From contig JAGQSC010000013.1 in assembly GCA_020439745.1 (NCBI GenBank), positions 61,173-125,172 on the forward strand: a stretch of DNA of 64,000 nucleotides. Reading direction: 5' to 3'. This DNA comes from Acidobacteriota bacterium. Lineage in GTDB: Bacteria; Acidobacteriota; Holophagae; Acanthopleuribacterales; Acanthopleuribacteraceae. A program made the translations under genes and the position numbers. Below the pieces are notes generated by a model, which worked only from the letters and a program-made list of their open reading frames with translations, was not told the origin of the DNA and made no database searches. This document shows positions 19,100 through 28,492 of the stretch, piece by piece (position 1 is the first letter of the stretch; every line of letters starts with the position of its first letter).

Positions 19100-20700
19100 A
19101 TCCTGAATACGCCATACCGTACATCTGGTATGGGTGCATGATGGGTGAGTGCCAAAGCGAGACCCAATACGTCCCTGGTGTCTTTGGGGTCGATGATGCC
19201 ATCATCCCAAAGTCGTGCGGTGGAGTACAGTGCGCTGCTTTCGACGGCATATTTGTCGAGGATTGGCTGTTTATAAGCGGCCTTTTCAGAATCATCCATG
19301 GTTTGACCACTTCGCTCTAGCTGCTCTTCCTTGACCTGGCATAAGACATTGGCAGCTTGTTCGCCACCCATCACAGAAATGGTGGCGTTGGGCCACATCC
19401 AAAGGAAGCGTGGATCGTAGGCGCGTCCACACATTCCGTAGTTTCCAGCACCATTGGAGGCGCCAATGATGACCGTTAGCTTAGGTACATTGGCCGTGGA
19501 CACAGCATGGACCATCTTGGCGCCATCTTTCGCGATGCCACCTGCCTCCGCTTTTCGCCCCACCATGAAACCGGTTATGTTTTGTAGAAAAACCAGCGGA
19601 ATGCGGCGTTGATTGCACAATTCAATAAAGTGGGTGGCCTTCAGGGCGGACTCCGAAAAAAGCACACCGTTGTTGGCTACTATTCCCACGGGTATCCCCC
19701 AAATATGAGCAAAGCAAGTGACCACAGTGGTACCGTACCGCGCTTTGAATTCATGCATTTGCGATCCGTCCACAATTCGCGCGATGACTTCGCGAATGTC
19801 AAAGGGCACTCGAGAGTCGGCAGGAACGATGCCGTACAACTGTTCTGCGGCATAAAGTGGATCTACAGGCTCTTGAATCCCCGCTATGGTAGATCGAGGC
19901 ATATTTAAATGCGCAAAGATGTCACGCACAATGTCAAGCGCCTCTTCGTCGTTCCGAGCATAGTGGTCCGAAACGCCCGATTCCCTTGTGTGCACATCGG
20001 CGCCGCCAAGATCCTCAGCTGATACCACTTCACCGGTTGCGGCTCTTACCAACGGAGGGCCCGCCAAAAAAATCGTGCCCGTGCCTTTGACGATCACGGT
20101 TTCATCCGACATCGCTGGAACATAAGCACCGCCAGCTGTACAGGAACCCATCACGGCTGAAATCTGAGGCAAACCCATCGCCGACATCTGAGCTTGATGA
20201 TAAAAAATGCGGCCAAAGTGCTCGCGGTCGGGAAATACTTCGTCTTGCTTGGGTAAAAACGCGCCGCCAGAATCCACCAAGTATAGGGAAGGCAGCCTGT
20301 TTTCCATGGCAATGCGTTGTGCGCGCAGGTGCTTTTTCAAGGTGATGGGCAAGTAGGTGCCCCCTTTCACCGTTGCGTCGTTGGCCACAATCACGGTTTC
20401 GACACCCGAGATTCGACCCACACCCGTAATAATTCCAGCCGCGGGTAAGTCGAAGGCATATAAGTTGTGGCCAGCTAAGGCCGAGAATTCCAGGAATGGA
20501 CTTCCGGGGTCGAGTACATAGTCGATACGCTCACGTGCCGTTAGTTTGTTGCGCTCACGATGCAAAGCCACGGCTTTCGCCGAACCGGCCAACGAGGAAG
20601 CTTGAATTTCCAGAGTTTGTGACAACTTATCCTGCATAAACTGCTGGTTCTGCTGGAACTCTTTCTTGTTTGGATCAATGTTAGATTGGAACGCGACCAC
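19096..20700 (-). CDS. Methylcrotonyl-CoA carboxylase beta (carboxyltransferase) subunit
   Basis: 534-aa carboxyl-transferase, collinear with MCC beta/LiuB (..[18 protein letters not shown].., ..[11 protein letters not shown]..). ATGA overlap with the alpha gene. Confidence 0.9.
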   Translation of the reverse strand: MVAFQSNIDPNKKEFQQNQQFMQDKLSQTLEIQASSLAGSAKAVALHRERNKLTARERIDYVLDPGSPFLEFSALAGHNLYAFDLPAAGIITGVGRISGVETVIVANDATVKGGTYLPITLKKHLRAQRIAMENRLPSLYLVDSGGAFLPKQDEVFPDREHFGRIFYHQAQMSAMGLPQISAVMGSCTAGGAYVPAMSDETVIVKGTGTIFLAGPPLVRAATGEVVSAEDLGGADVHTRESGVSDHYARNDEEALDIVRDIFAHLNMPRSTIAGIQEPVDPLYAAEQLYGIVPADSRVPFDIREVIARIVDGSQMHEFKARYGTTVVTCFAHIWGIPVGIVANNGVLFSESALKATHFIELCNQRRIPLVFLQNITGFMVGRKAEAGGIAKDGAKMVHAVSTANVPKLTVIIGASNGAGNYGMCGRAYDPRFLWMWPNATISVMGGEQAANVLCQVKEEQLERSGQTMDDSEKAAYKQPILDKYAVESSALYSTARLWDDGIIDPKDTRDVLGLALALTHHAPIPDVRYGVFRM

Positions 20701-20757
20701 GCATCCCTCCCATTCTGGTTGATGATCTAGTCTAGCAGTTGGCTTGCCTGCTTCTCT

Positions 20758-23526
20758 CTATTTCTTCACTTGCTGACCAAGCAGCTTCACCACGGTCAAC
20801 AACTCTCCGGCATTTTGGTAGCGCTCCACAGGATCGCGTTGCATACACTTGAGAATCGACTCTGAGACTTCGAAAACGACTTCGGGGTTTATTTCATGAG
20901 GCGCTTTTGGCAGTCCATTACCCACAAATTTGTTGGCCATGGAGTCGCGGTCAAAGGGTGCTTGGCCTGTGAGTAGCAGGTAAAACGTGACACCCACTGA
21001 ATAGATGTCACTGGCAAAAGTGGCCTTATCACCCTGCATCACTTCAGGCGCCATGAACATCGGGGTACCCCAAACTTGCTGGGTTTTGTTCGTGTCTGAA
21101 ATGTTTTTGGCCAATCCGAAATCCATGATTTTTACCCGCCCATCTTTGGTCACCATGAGATTGGAGGGTTTTAAGTCCCGATGTAGGACACCCTTGTCGT
21201 GCGCCACCTTGAGACCAGTGGCCGTTTCGTACAAAAGTCCCAGAAAGTTTTGGATCACGTATTTGGGGTATTTGGTCCGCAGTTTTTCTAATGTCATACC
21301 CTCCACATATTCCATCACCATGAAGAAGCAACCCTTTTCCGATCCTACGTCATAAAGCGTGACGATGTTGGGATGGTTCAATTGAGCAATCGCTCGAGCT
21401 TCTCGTTTGAAAAACAATAGGACCTTTGGATCCTTGTTAAATTCGGGATGCAACATCTTGAACGCCACCATTCGATCCAGTCGGCGGTCGCGGGCTTTGT
21501 AGACAATGCCCATCCCGCCACGACCCAATTCCTGGATGATCTCATAGCGGCTGAAACTGCCTTCTTCTGCGAGATCGAAGACCATACTCTCATCTAGTTC
21601 ATCGATGGTGTGGGTTGCATCGGCTTCATGGGTGGACGGTGTGGGTTCCTTGGCATCGCTTTCCTCAGCGGCCTGTTTGACAATCTCCTCACCTTTCTCA
21701 CGGCTGTGCACGATGGTATCCGCCATCATATTCTCAAAAGGGAGTCCCGCTGCTGTGGCCACTTCCTTGGCTTTTTTCACATACGCCCTGTTACTTGGCA
21801 AAAGAGAGGCGGCTTGAATGTACAAATCGGCCGCATGGGCCGCATAGCCCAACTTCTCTTTGATCGCCGCAAAAAGGAAGTAAATCTGCGCGGTTGTAGG
21901 TGTGGGACGTGTTTTTACTAACATTGCTTCACAGCATGAAAGTGCTTCTTTGACTCGACCTTGCTTCATCAGGATCTGAATCACCTGAGCGCATGAATAG
22001 ACTTGGTCCGCTGATTCCAATGACAACTGTCTGAAACAGCGCACTGCAGCATCAGTGTTTTGAATCATGAGAAACGAACGAGCAGCCGCAAGAAAGTTCT
22101 CTGCCTTTTCGTAGTAAATCGCTTGTTTGTCTTGGAGTCCCAAATGCGCGGCAAGTTGGGCAGCTTTGTCGTATTCCTCGACATTCAAATAACACGTAAG
22201 CGCTTCTTCGGTGGCCCCAGATTCCAGAAACAACTCAGCCGCTTTTTCCCAGTTCCCCGCGCGCTGATGGGCAATTGCTGCTCGGTGTGTTTCACCAGCT
22301 CGCTCAAAGGCGTTGGCTGAATCCGCGAACCGATCAATGCGAAAGAACTCCTCTGCCGCCTTAATGAAATCACCACGAACCATAAACGCTCGACCGCGTT
22401 CCAAGCCTGCAAGGTCCAAGCGTCCACTTTGCTCGAACACCTTGGCAGATGCTTCAGGATCACCAGCCTGAGCATATTGTTCGCCGGCCTCTTTGGGCAT
22501 TCCAGCACGTTCAAATGCCTCTGCTGCTTTGCGATAGAATCCGTAATTGCGGTAAAGCTCAGCCGCTTCCCTGAATTGGTTCATGTGGGTGTAAGCGTCT
22601 CCAAGATTCCGGACCAACTCCTCCATTTGGTTGCCGCTTAACTGGGTGTTCTCGGCTAATACTTGCTGATAACGCCTAATGGCCGTTTCAAAATCCGCCG
22701 CAAAGTAATATGCGTCTCCTGCCTTCTTGAAACTTCCTTGGCTACAGAAGTACGCGCCTGCAGTCAGGTAGGCTCGTGCAGCCAAATCGGCCTCATTCAT
22801 GCGCTCGTAGAGCTTGCCCGCACGATAGGCATATAACTCGCCAATCCGCTCAAAGATCCGTGCGGCTTTTCGGACTCTATTTTTTTCCAATGCTTTTTCA
22901 GCTTTGCGTAACCATTTCTGTTGCTTGGGGCTTAGGGCCAGTCGCTGGGCGCTGGTGTCGCGCAGGGTTTTTCGTGCATCTGATTGGAGGTCTCGTTCCC
23001 AAGCCGGTCTTTTTGAATTGCCAAGTAAGACTAGACTGGTGAAAAGTATGATGGCCACCGCGTTCAACAAGAATAAGGAAACCGCAAGCGGCCCCGACCT
23101 AATGTGGCGTGACACGACCTCGTGGTATTTCTCGCCACCGGATTCGGAGATCGATGACGCGATCCATTCGACTGCGGCGTCGATATTGACAATCAAAATG
23201 AGAATCATCACGACCCAAAACATTTGCTTTAAGAAAGTCGGTACCAGCTTCCAGCACGCCTTGAACTCTCGGACAATGCCCCACTGAAGACCCACAAATC
23301 GATTGATCAAGACCAAAGCAATTGCAAGAACCAGCAACAACCGGAGATAAGGCACACCCGTTATGTCGAGGAATCGAGCCAGCCCAACCGTTGATGGGTG
23401 CGCATAGAGTTGTTCCATCACGCCTTTGAAGAGTCGCTCCACCACAGGCACGGAGACCAACACGGTCAAGGCCAACAAGGCGGCAAAGAGCCAGACTATA
23501 GATGTGAGCCAACGGTATTTGCGCAT
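20758..23526 (-). CDS. Membrane-anchored Ser/Thr protein kinase with C-terminal kinase domain
   Basis: N-terminal ~170 aa with several TM helices, then ~450 aa of TPR-like helical repeats. C-terminal Hanks kinase: GRGGMGIVYKA, VAFKML, HRDLKPSNLMV, DFGLAK, MFMAPE. Confidence 0.85.
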   Translation of the reverse strand: MRKYRWLTSIVWLFAALLALTVLVSVPVVERLFKGVMEQLYAHPSTVGLARFLDITGVPYLRLLLVLAIALVLINRFVGLQWGIVREFKACWKLVPTFLKQMFWVVMILILIVNIDAAVEWIASSISESGGEKYHEVVSRHIRSGPLAVSLFLLNAVAIILFTSLVLLGNSKRPAWERDLQSDARKTLRDTSAQRLALSPKQQKWLRKAEKALEKNRVRKAARIFERIGELYAYRAGKLYERMNEADLAARAYLTAGAYFCSQGSFKKAGDAYYFAADFETAIRRYQQVLAENTQLSGNQMEELVRNLGDAYTHMNQFREAAELYRNYGFYRKAAEAFERAGMPKEAGEQYAQAGDPEASAKVFEQSGRLDLAGLERGRAFMVRGDFIKAAEEFFRIDRFADSANAFERAGETHRAAIAHQRAGNWEKAAELFLESGATEEALTCYLNVEEYDKAAQLAAHLGLQDKQAIYYEKAENFLAAARSFLMIQNTDAAVRCFRQLSLESADQVYSCAQVIQILMKQGRVKEALSCCEAMLVKTRPTPTTAQIYFLFAAIKEKLGYAAHAADLYIQAASLLPSNRAYVKKAKEVATAAGLPFENMMADTIVHSREKGEEIVKQAAEESDAKEPTPSTHEADATHTIDELDESMVFDLAEEGSFSRYEIIQELGRGGMGIVYKARDRRLDRMVAFKMLHPEFNKDPKVLLFFKREARAIAQLNHPNIVTLYDVGSEKGCFFMVMEYVEGMTLEKLRTKYPKYVIQNFLGLLYETATGLKVAHDKGVLHRDLKPSNLMVTKDGRVKIMDFGLAKNISDTNKTQQVWGTPMFMAPEVMQGDKATFASDIYSVGVTFYLLLTGQAPFDRDSMANKFVGNGLPKAPHEINPEVVFEVSESILKCMQRDPVERYQNAGELLTVVKLLGQQVKK

Positions 23527-23550
23527 GGGACGTTATCCATCATATCAAGA

Positions 23551-24366
23551 TCACTGAATCAGCCAGCGTACAAAAGTACCGCTGGGTAGCACAGAGCTCC
23601 CGTAAGGCACGACCATTTCTCCGGCCTCAAGGGTCACTTTGCCAAAAACACGCGCAACGATCTGGCTAAGCACCAGGGGTGTAAATCCTGGCGTATGGCA
23701 ACTCAACAAGCCGAAATGACTCGGTTTGACCACCGCTCGCAATGCTTCGAGCAGCGGGATCAAATCGTCTTCTATTCGAAAAGTCTCGCCCTTAGATCCG
23801 CGCCCATATGTGGGCGGGTCCAAAATGATGCCGTCGTAGGCGCTGTTTCTCCGCTGTTCGCGGGCCATGAATTTGGAGACATCGTCCACAAGCCAGCGGA
23901 TATTGGCTTGGTCCAGTCCGTTCGCCTGCTGATTATCCCGGGCCCAATGAACCACACCTTTGGATGCATCCACATGGGTGACTGACGCTCCGACCTGAGC
24001 CGCCGCTAATGTACTGCCACCTGTGTAGCCAAACAAGTTCAATATGGACTTTTCTGGTGTGGATTGGGCTCGAATCCAAGACCAATTTTCTTGTTGCTCG
24101 GGGAAGATGCCGATGTGGCCGAAGCTGGTGAGTTTCACCACAAAACTCATGCCTCCAAATGATACAGTCCATCGATCAGAGACCTTGTGGCGGAACTGCC
24201 AGTGACCGCCACCTTTATTGGAGCGTATGTGTTCGGCATCAACCGCAGGCCATCTAGGTAGGCTCATCGGCCAAAACGCCTGAGCAGCTTGCCGAATGAC
24301 CGTTACTGGACCAATCTTTTCCAGTTTGCGTCCGTTCCCACTATCCAGCAGTTCGTAGCTGCTCAT
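23551..24366 (-). CDS. Class I SAM-dependent methyltransferase (RlmI/RlmK-like catalytic domain, no PUA)
   Basis: N-terminus YELLDSGNGRKLE. Motif I LNLFGYTGGSTLAAA. Motif IV IILDPPTYGRGSKGE. Confidence 0.7.
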   Translation of the reverse strand: MSSYELLDSGNGRKLEKIGPVTVIRQAAQAFWPMSLPRWPAVDAEHIRSNKGGGHWQFRHKVSDRWTVSFGGMSFVVKLTSFGHIGIFPEQQENWSWIRAQSTPEKSILNLFGYTGGSTLAAAQVGASVTHVDASKGVVHWARDNQQANGLDQANIRWLVDDVSKFMAREQRRNSAYDGIILDPPTYGRGSKGETFRIEDDLIPLLEALRAVVKPSHFGLLSCHTPGFTPLVLSQIVARVFGKVTLEAGEMVVPYGSSVLPSGTFVRWLIQ

Positions 24367-24463
24367 TTCTTACTGACCTCCAAACCGCTTATTCTACAAC
24401 CATCGGGATAATTCCAGCTCCGTTAAGTGTTAAGATGTGCGGGCGCTTGTGGCGCACGGTGAT

Positions 24464-24952
24464 ATGGCAACATCTATTCGACGTATTTTTCAGCTGATTA
24501 ATCGATCTGAATCAACCCCACGAGTCACGGCATTGTCGCTTGCCATTGGCATGGGTTTGGCCTTCAGTCCATTTGTCGGTCTACACCTGTTGTTTGTCGT
24601 CCTAATTGCGCGTGTTTTCAAATTGAATGCCCTTGTGTTGTTTGCCGGATCCTTGGTCCACAATCCATGGACCATGATTCCCATCCACGCGCTGGGCTTA
24701 CTGACTGGTGATTTTCTATTGGATGGATCCATCAGCACATTTGAGTTAGCGAGCCAATTGCCATTAAAAGACATGAGTTTTTCAATGTTGATTGACCCTA
24801 CTTTTTGGCACCAGAATCGTGACTTTATCCATCAAATCATCCCGCCATTTGTGGTCGGCTCGCTATTTTGGTCAGCTTGTATTGGCGTGTCTTGCTACAA
24901 ATTCACGTTCCATATTCTCTCAGCCCGCGCCGAAGCAAAGTCCCCGAAGTGA
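24464..24952 (+). CDS. DUF2062-family membrane protein
   Basis: TPRVTALSLAIGMGLAFSPFVGLHLLFVVLIARVF..NPWTMIPIH matches the DUF2062 pattern. ATG at 24464 preferred over the GTG at 24437. Confidence 0.65.
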   Translation: MATSIRRIFQLINRSESTPRVTALSLAIGMGLAFSPFVGLHLLFVVLIARVFKLNALVLFAGSLVHNPWTMIPIHALGLLTGDFLLDGSISTFELASQLPLKDMSFSMLIDPTFWHQNRDFIHQIIPPFVVGSLFWSACIGVSCYKFTFHILSARAEAKSPK

Positions 24953-25683
24953 ATCGGGAATTCCTCCTCCACCAATTGATAATCCAGGAACAGGAGTCTT
25001 TTGAAGAGGCTGGCATCGACTGGCTTGCAGATTGTATTCAGTTGGTGGAGAAAAACCAGATCCGATTCGCATCAATGCCCGGGATCGGGCTGTCGAGGCT
25101 CATGCACCTGGGTCACTGGGACTTGAGTGAGAAAAAAGAGTTCATCGATGAAACTCATCTTGGAGCAGACCAGGTGATCCACTTGGGCATGCATTTATTA
25201 ATGAGTCACCATCTTCCTGGACCCCATGTCCAGCAACGACTTTGGGGGGAATGTGTGGCTAGTTCCATGGACCTTGCCAGTTTGGGCAAATTGCTGTCTG
25301 CCCAAGTTGACACACCCTTCGTTCATGAAACCCTGGAAAGCCTAGAGTTCCATTACCAAATTTACGGCAACGCTGACGATGTCGCGCCTCTGTTGACGGC
25401 TTGTTGTGACGATCCGTTTAGGGTCACTCGAGACACAGCAACTTATCTCTATCGCTTGGGTATGACGCTTCTGAATCGACAGCGCCCCGACCGTGATGCC
25501 GTGGCCCACACATACTACCCTTTAGCCCACCATTTCAACCTGGGTAACTGGGTGTTATTCCTCAGAAACACGCAGCCCGCTCCGTTCCACGACCTTCCAG
25601 ATTCATTTGTCTCATTGGTTTTCGAGGTTGACCAGACCGATCACGGCGAACGCTTACAAGACCTTTTCGTTTCTGCGCTTTAA
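24949..25683 (+). CDS. Hypothetical protein (244 aa)
   Basis: Long ORF. The proposed GTG start overlaps the DUF2062 stop as GTGA (24949-24952). No domain recognised. Confidence 0.45.
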   Translation: MNREFLLHQLIIQEQESFEEAGIDWLADCIQLVEKNQIRFASMPGIGLSRLMHLGHWDLSEKKEFIDETHLGADQVIHLGMHLLMSHHLPGPHVQQRLWGECVASSMDLASLGKLLSAQVDTPFVHETLESLEFHYQIYGNADDVAPLLTACCDDPFRVTRDTATYLYRLGMTLLNRQRPDRDAVAHTYYPLAHHFNLGNWVLFLRNTQPAPFHDLPDSFVSLVFEVDQTDHGERLQDLFVSAL

Positions 25684-25742
25684 CGTGTCGCACCCAATAG
25701 GGCATAATGGTTGGGATTTTGGCGTTGCGCAGGAGTTGATAC

Positions 25743-26564
25743 ATGCATGTGCTGGTGTTGTGGTTGATGACGTTTCAAGAAGTCACGAAGCCGAAACAGC
25801 AATCCGCAACCATTACTTATGGCGAGGACCGCGAAATCAAACTCCTTGTCCAAGGACGTTCGGGAAACCTCGTCCTAAGACCTGCTGAAAGCACGGAGGG
25901 CCTGGCCGAAGTCGTTTTTCAACAAGGAAGCGGATATGTGTCCTATGACCGTCAGGAACAGTTGTTGACCTGGGTGAGTCACAAGAAGCGATCGCTCAAT
26001 CACACGTCACGAGCGGTGGAACGATTGGCGCCGACGATGAAAATGGATTTGCCACGCCATTGTGAATTGGATCTTGATCTGAACCTAACCGACCTGGGAT
26101 ACGGCTCACTTCGTTTTGAGGATCTGGATGTCAAGAAGATGCGTTTCGACGTCAATTACGGCGATGTGGATTTGACGTTCCCCACGGAGAACAAGAGCAT
26201 CATTCGCGATCAAGTGCTGATTCACCTGATGATCGGCGATTTGGAAATAAATCAACTGGGACACCTCAAAGCTGCCGATATATACATCAATACCGGAATT
26301 GGTGAGGTAAACGTGGATTTGGGCCCAAAAATCTGGATCGATACCAAACTCAAGTTTGATCATGATATCGGCTCCGCGGAAATCACTTTGCCTGAAGGCA
26401 CTTACGTGGTTGTAACTGGCACCTCTCGGAACTTGGAGAAATATGGTTTCGTGCAGGACGGCAAAGTATGGAAGAGCAAGAGTCATACTTCGGAGTTTCC
26501 CATGTTGACCCTGGACTTGCATGGACCTGTAGGTGACCTGGAGATCATCTGGAAAACATATTAA
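25743..26564 (+). CDS. Hypothetical protein, possibly DUF4097/LiaF-C 'toastrack'-like beta-rich domain
   Basis: 273-aa ORF with repeated short beta-strand units (DLDLNLTDLGYGSLRFEDLDV, NYGDVDLTFP, GDLEINQLG, IGEVNVDLG, GDLEIIW). Family assignment is tentative. Confidence 0.5.
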   Translation: MHVLVLWLMTFQEVTKPKQQSATITYGEDREIKLLVQGRSGNLVLRPAESTEGLAEVVFQQGSGYVSYDRQEQLLTWVSHKKRSLNHTSRAVERLAPTMKMDLPRHCELDLDLNLTDLGYGSLRFEDLDVKKMRFDVNYGDVDLTFPTENKSIIRDQVLIHLMIGDLEINQLGHLKAADIYINTGIGEVNVDLGPKIWIDTKLKFDHDIGSAEITLPEGTYVVVTGTSRNLEKYGFVQDGKVWKSKSHTSEFPMLTLDLHGPVGDLEIIWKTY

Positions 26565-26579
26565 TGAAGGCAGGCTGAT

Positions 26580-28343
26580 ATGGCGGGACACCGTGTTCTT
26601 TATCTCAACCACAATGTGGACGCAAAGAAACAAGACTTGGCCGCGCTGCTGAAAGCGGACTTCGAAACCGTTCCCGCTTCATTGACGAGACACGCACTGG
26701 GTTACATGCGTGTTGTTCGACCAGATGTCGTCATCTCGAACTACCAGCTCCCTGATGGCGACGCTAGTCAATTACTTCAAAGCATGGCGTCTTCAGCCGA
26801 ATTCAGCGGCATCCCAGTAGCCGTGGTGTTAGACGAGACCGAAAGCAGTCACGAGGCCATGATGCGCCAGTTGGGTGCAGCAGCCATCATTTTTCGAAGC
26901 AACGATTCAGCGCAGCTCATACGGACTGCGAATGACCTGGCAAAATTGCACGGGGATTCGAGAGAAGAAGAAGCCATGGGCATTACGGGCCAGCTCGCCC
27001 GACTCGGTATCATGGAATTAATTACCGAAATGGCCGAAGAACACGGTAGTGGGGTGATTTCCATCGATGGCAGCATTGCCATGGAAATCTATTTGCAAGA
27101 CGGAGAAATCATCCACTCACGACACGGCATCACGGTGGGTATCAAGGCGCTGTATCGCTGTTTGCGCATTGCGGAGGCTGCCTACCACTTTTCGAACCAG
27201 TCACCGAAGGTGGAACGCACGATTGAAGGTGAACTTCAAACACTGATCGAGCAGGCCAAGGAAAGTAACCAACGGTTGATGGCGAATTCACATCGCCTGC
27301 CACAACCCAATCATCGCATCCGCATCAAATACAGTGATGAATTGAAAAACACCAATCTCAAACACGAAGCTCGGGCCGCCTTAGAAGTCGCAAAGAGGTA
27401 CCCCCGAGTGAAAGACTATGTCGATCATTTCAACATCATCGACACGCACTGCTACGAATATCTGTTCACCTTTATCGAACGGGATTTCATCGAGATCACG
27501 GATCAGCAACGTCCTGTGGCCATTCTCGTGGATTCAAGCTGTGACATGCACCAACTGGTTAAAGACGAAGGGGTTCAGCCCATCGCACTCAAAATGATTA
27601 TGGATGATCGAAAGGTCATCGCGGATCACCCAGACTTGGTCGCCAACACCTTGAAATACAAAATCAAACAGTTGGAGAAAGCCATCATCGCCACCTCTTC
27701 AGAGGATGCATACCTGGAACGATGTTTGACGCAGTTGGAGACCCATGATTGCTTGTCGATCTTCCCAGCTCCCGAGCTGGTACCCATACAAACACCGGCC
27801 ATGCGTAACCTGGTCAAACTCAGACAGGTGGGCCATCAGGGGCAACCCCTTTTGGCCAACGAGTTGATGCAGGTAGAAACCAAGTCTTTTTCCTTGGGCC
27901 TGGGACTCATGGCCTATCAAGCGGCATTGATGGCCAAGGATCACCAACCTATCGAAGTGATTCACGATTTTCTGGTGGAACTGGCGCCACGTATCCATGT
28001 CTTGGTGGCCGTGCAGGCAGGCAAAAGTCCGCTTGCTCCGAAAGGTGGTGGCCCTTTGATCTCGATCTGGGACAAAGACCATTTCAAAGCACTGGATGAA
28101 CTGGCCCGTGGGCAATCGGTGCACGACGCCTTGGCCGCTTTTGTACTCAAACGCATCGATGTCAAGAGTCCAATTCGCCTGGCCATTGGCCACATCCAGG
28201 CCCAAGATGTTGCCAAAAAACTTCATGAAGCCCTTGTAGACAAACTTCATCTGGGCCTTAAACATGATCCTTTTCCGCTGGGTCCAATCACATCATCGAT
28301 TCTGGGAGAAGGCGCTGTAGCTGTGGCTTTCCACCAGCTTTGA
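26580..28343 (+). CDS. Pseudo-receiver (REC-like) / PATAN (DUF4388) / DegV-like fusion protein
   Basis: REC-like N-terminus with Asn at the phospho-acceptor position (VVISNYQLPDGD). DUF4388 segment GITGQLARLGIMELITEMAEEHGSGVISIDG..IYLQDGEIIHS. DegV-like C-half (VAILVDSSCDM.. to ..LGPITSSILGEGAVAVAFHQL). Confidence 0.7.
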   Translation: MAGHRVLYLNHNVDAKKQDLAALLKADFETVPASLTRHALGYMRVVRPDVVISNYQLPDGDASQLLQSMASSAEFSGIPVAVVLDETESSHEAMMRQLGAAAIIFRSNDSAQLIRTANDLAKLHGDSREEEAMGITGQLARLGIMELITEMAEEHGSGVISIDGSIAMEIYLQDGEIIHSRHGITVGIKALYRCLRIAEAAYHFSNQSPKVERTIEGELQTLIEQAKESNQRLMANSHRLPQPNHRIRIKYSDELKNTNLKHEARAALEVAKRYPRVKDYVDHFNIIDTHCYEYLFTFIERDFIEITDQQRPVAILVDSSCDMHQLVKDEGVQPIALKMIMDDRKVIADHPDLVANTLKYKIKQLEKAIIATSSEDAYLERCLTQLETHDCLSIFPAPELVPIQTPAMRNLVKLRQVGHQGQPLLANELMQVETKSFSLGLGLMAYQAALMAKDHQPIEVIHDFLVELAPRIHVLVAVQAGKSPLAPKGGGPLISIWDKDHFKALDELARGQSVHDALAAFVLKRIDVKSPIRLAIGHIQAQDVAKKLHEALVDKLHLGLKHDPFPLGPITSSILGEGAVAVAFHQL

Positions 28344-28492
28344 CGCAGTCCGACGCCACAAAAAACAGAATGTAACCGTCGTGTAAAATCTGTTTATCTC
28401 CTTGTCTGATTCCGGCATCTCGGTTAAAAAGATATGGTTTTCGACGAATGACAGCAGATTATGTCCGTTTTGAACGGTATGATCGATCAACC

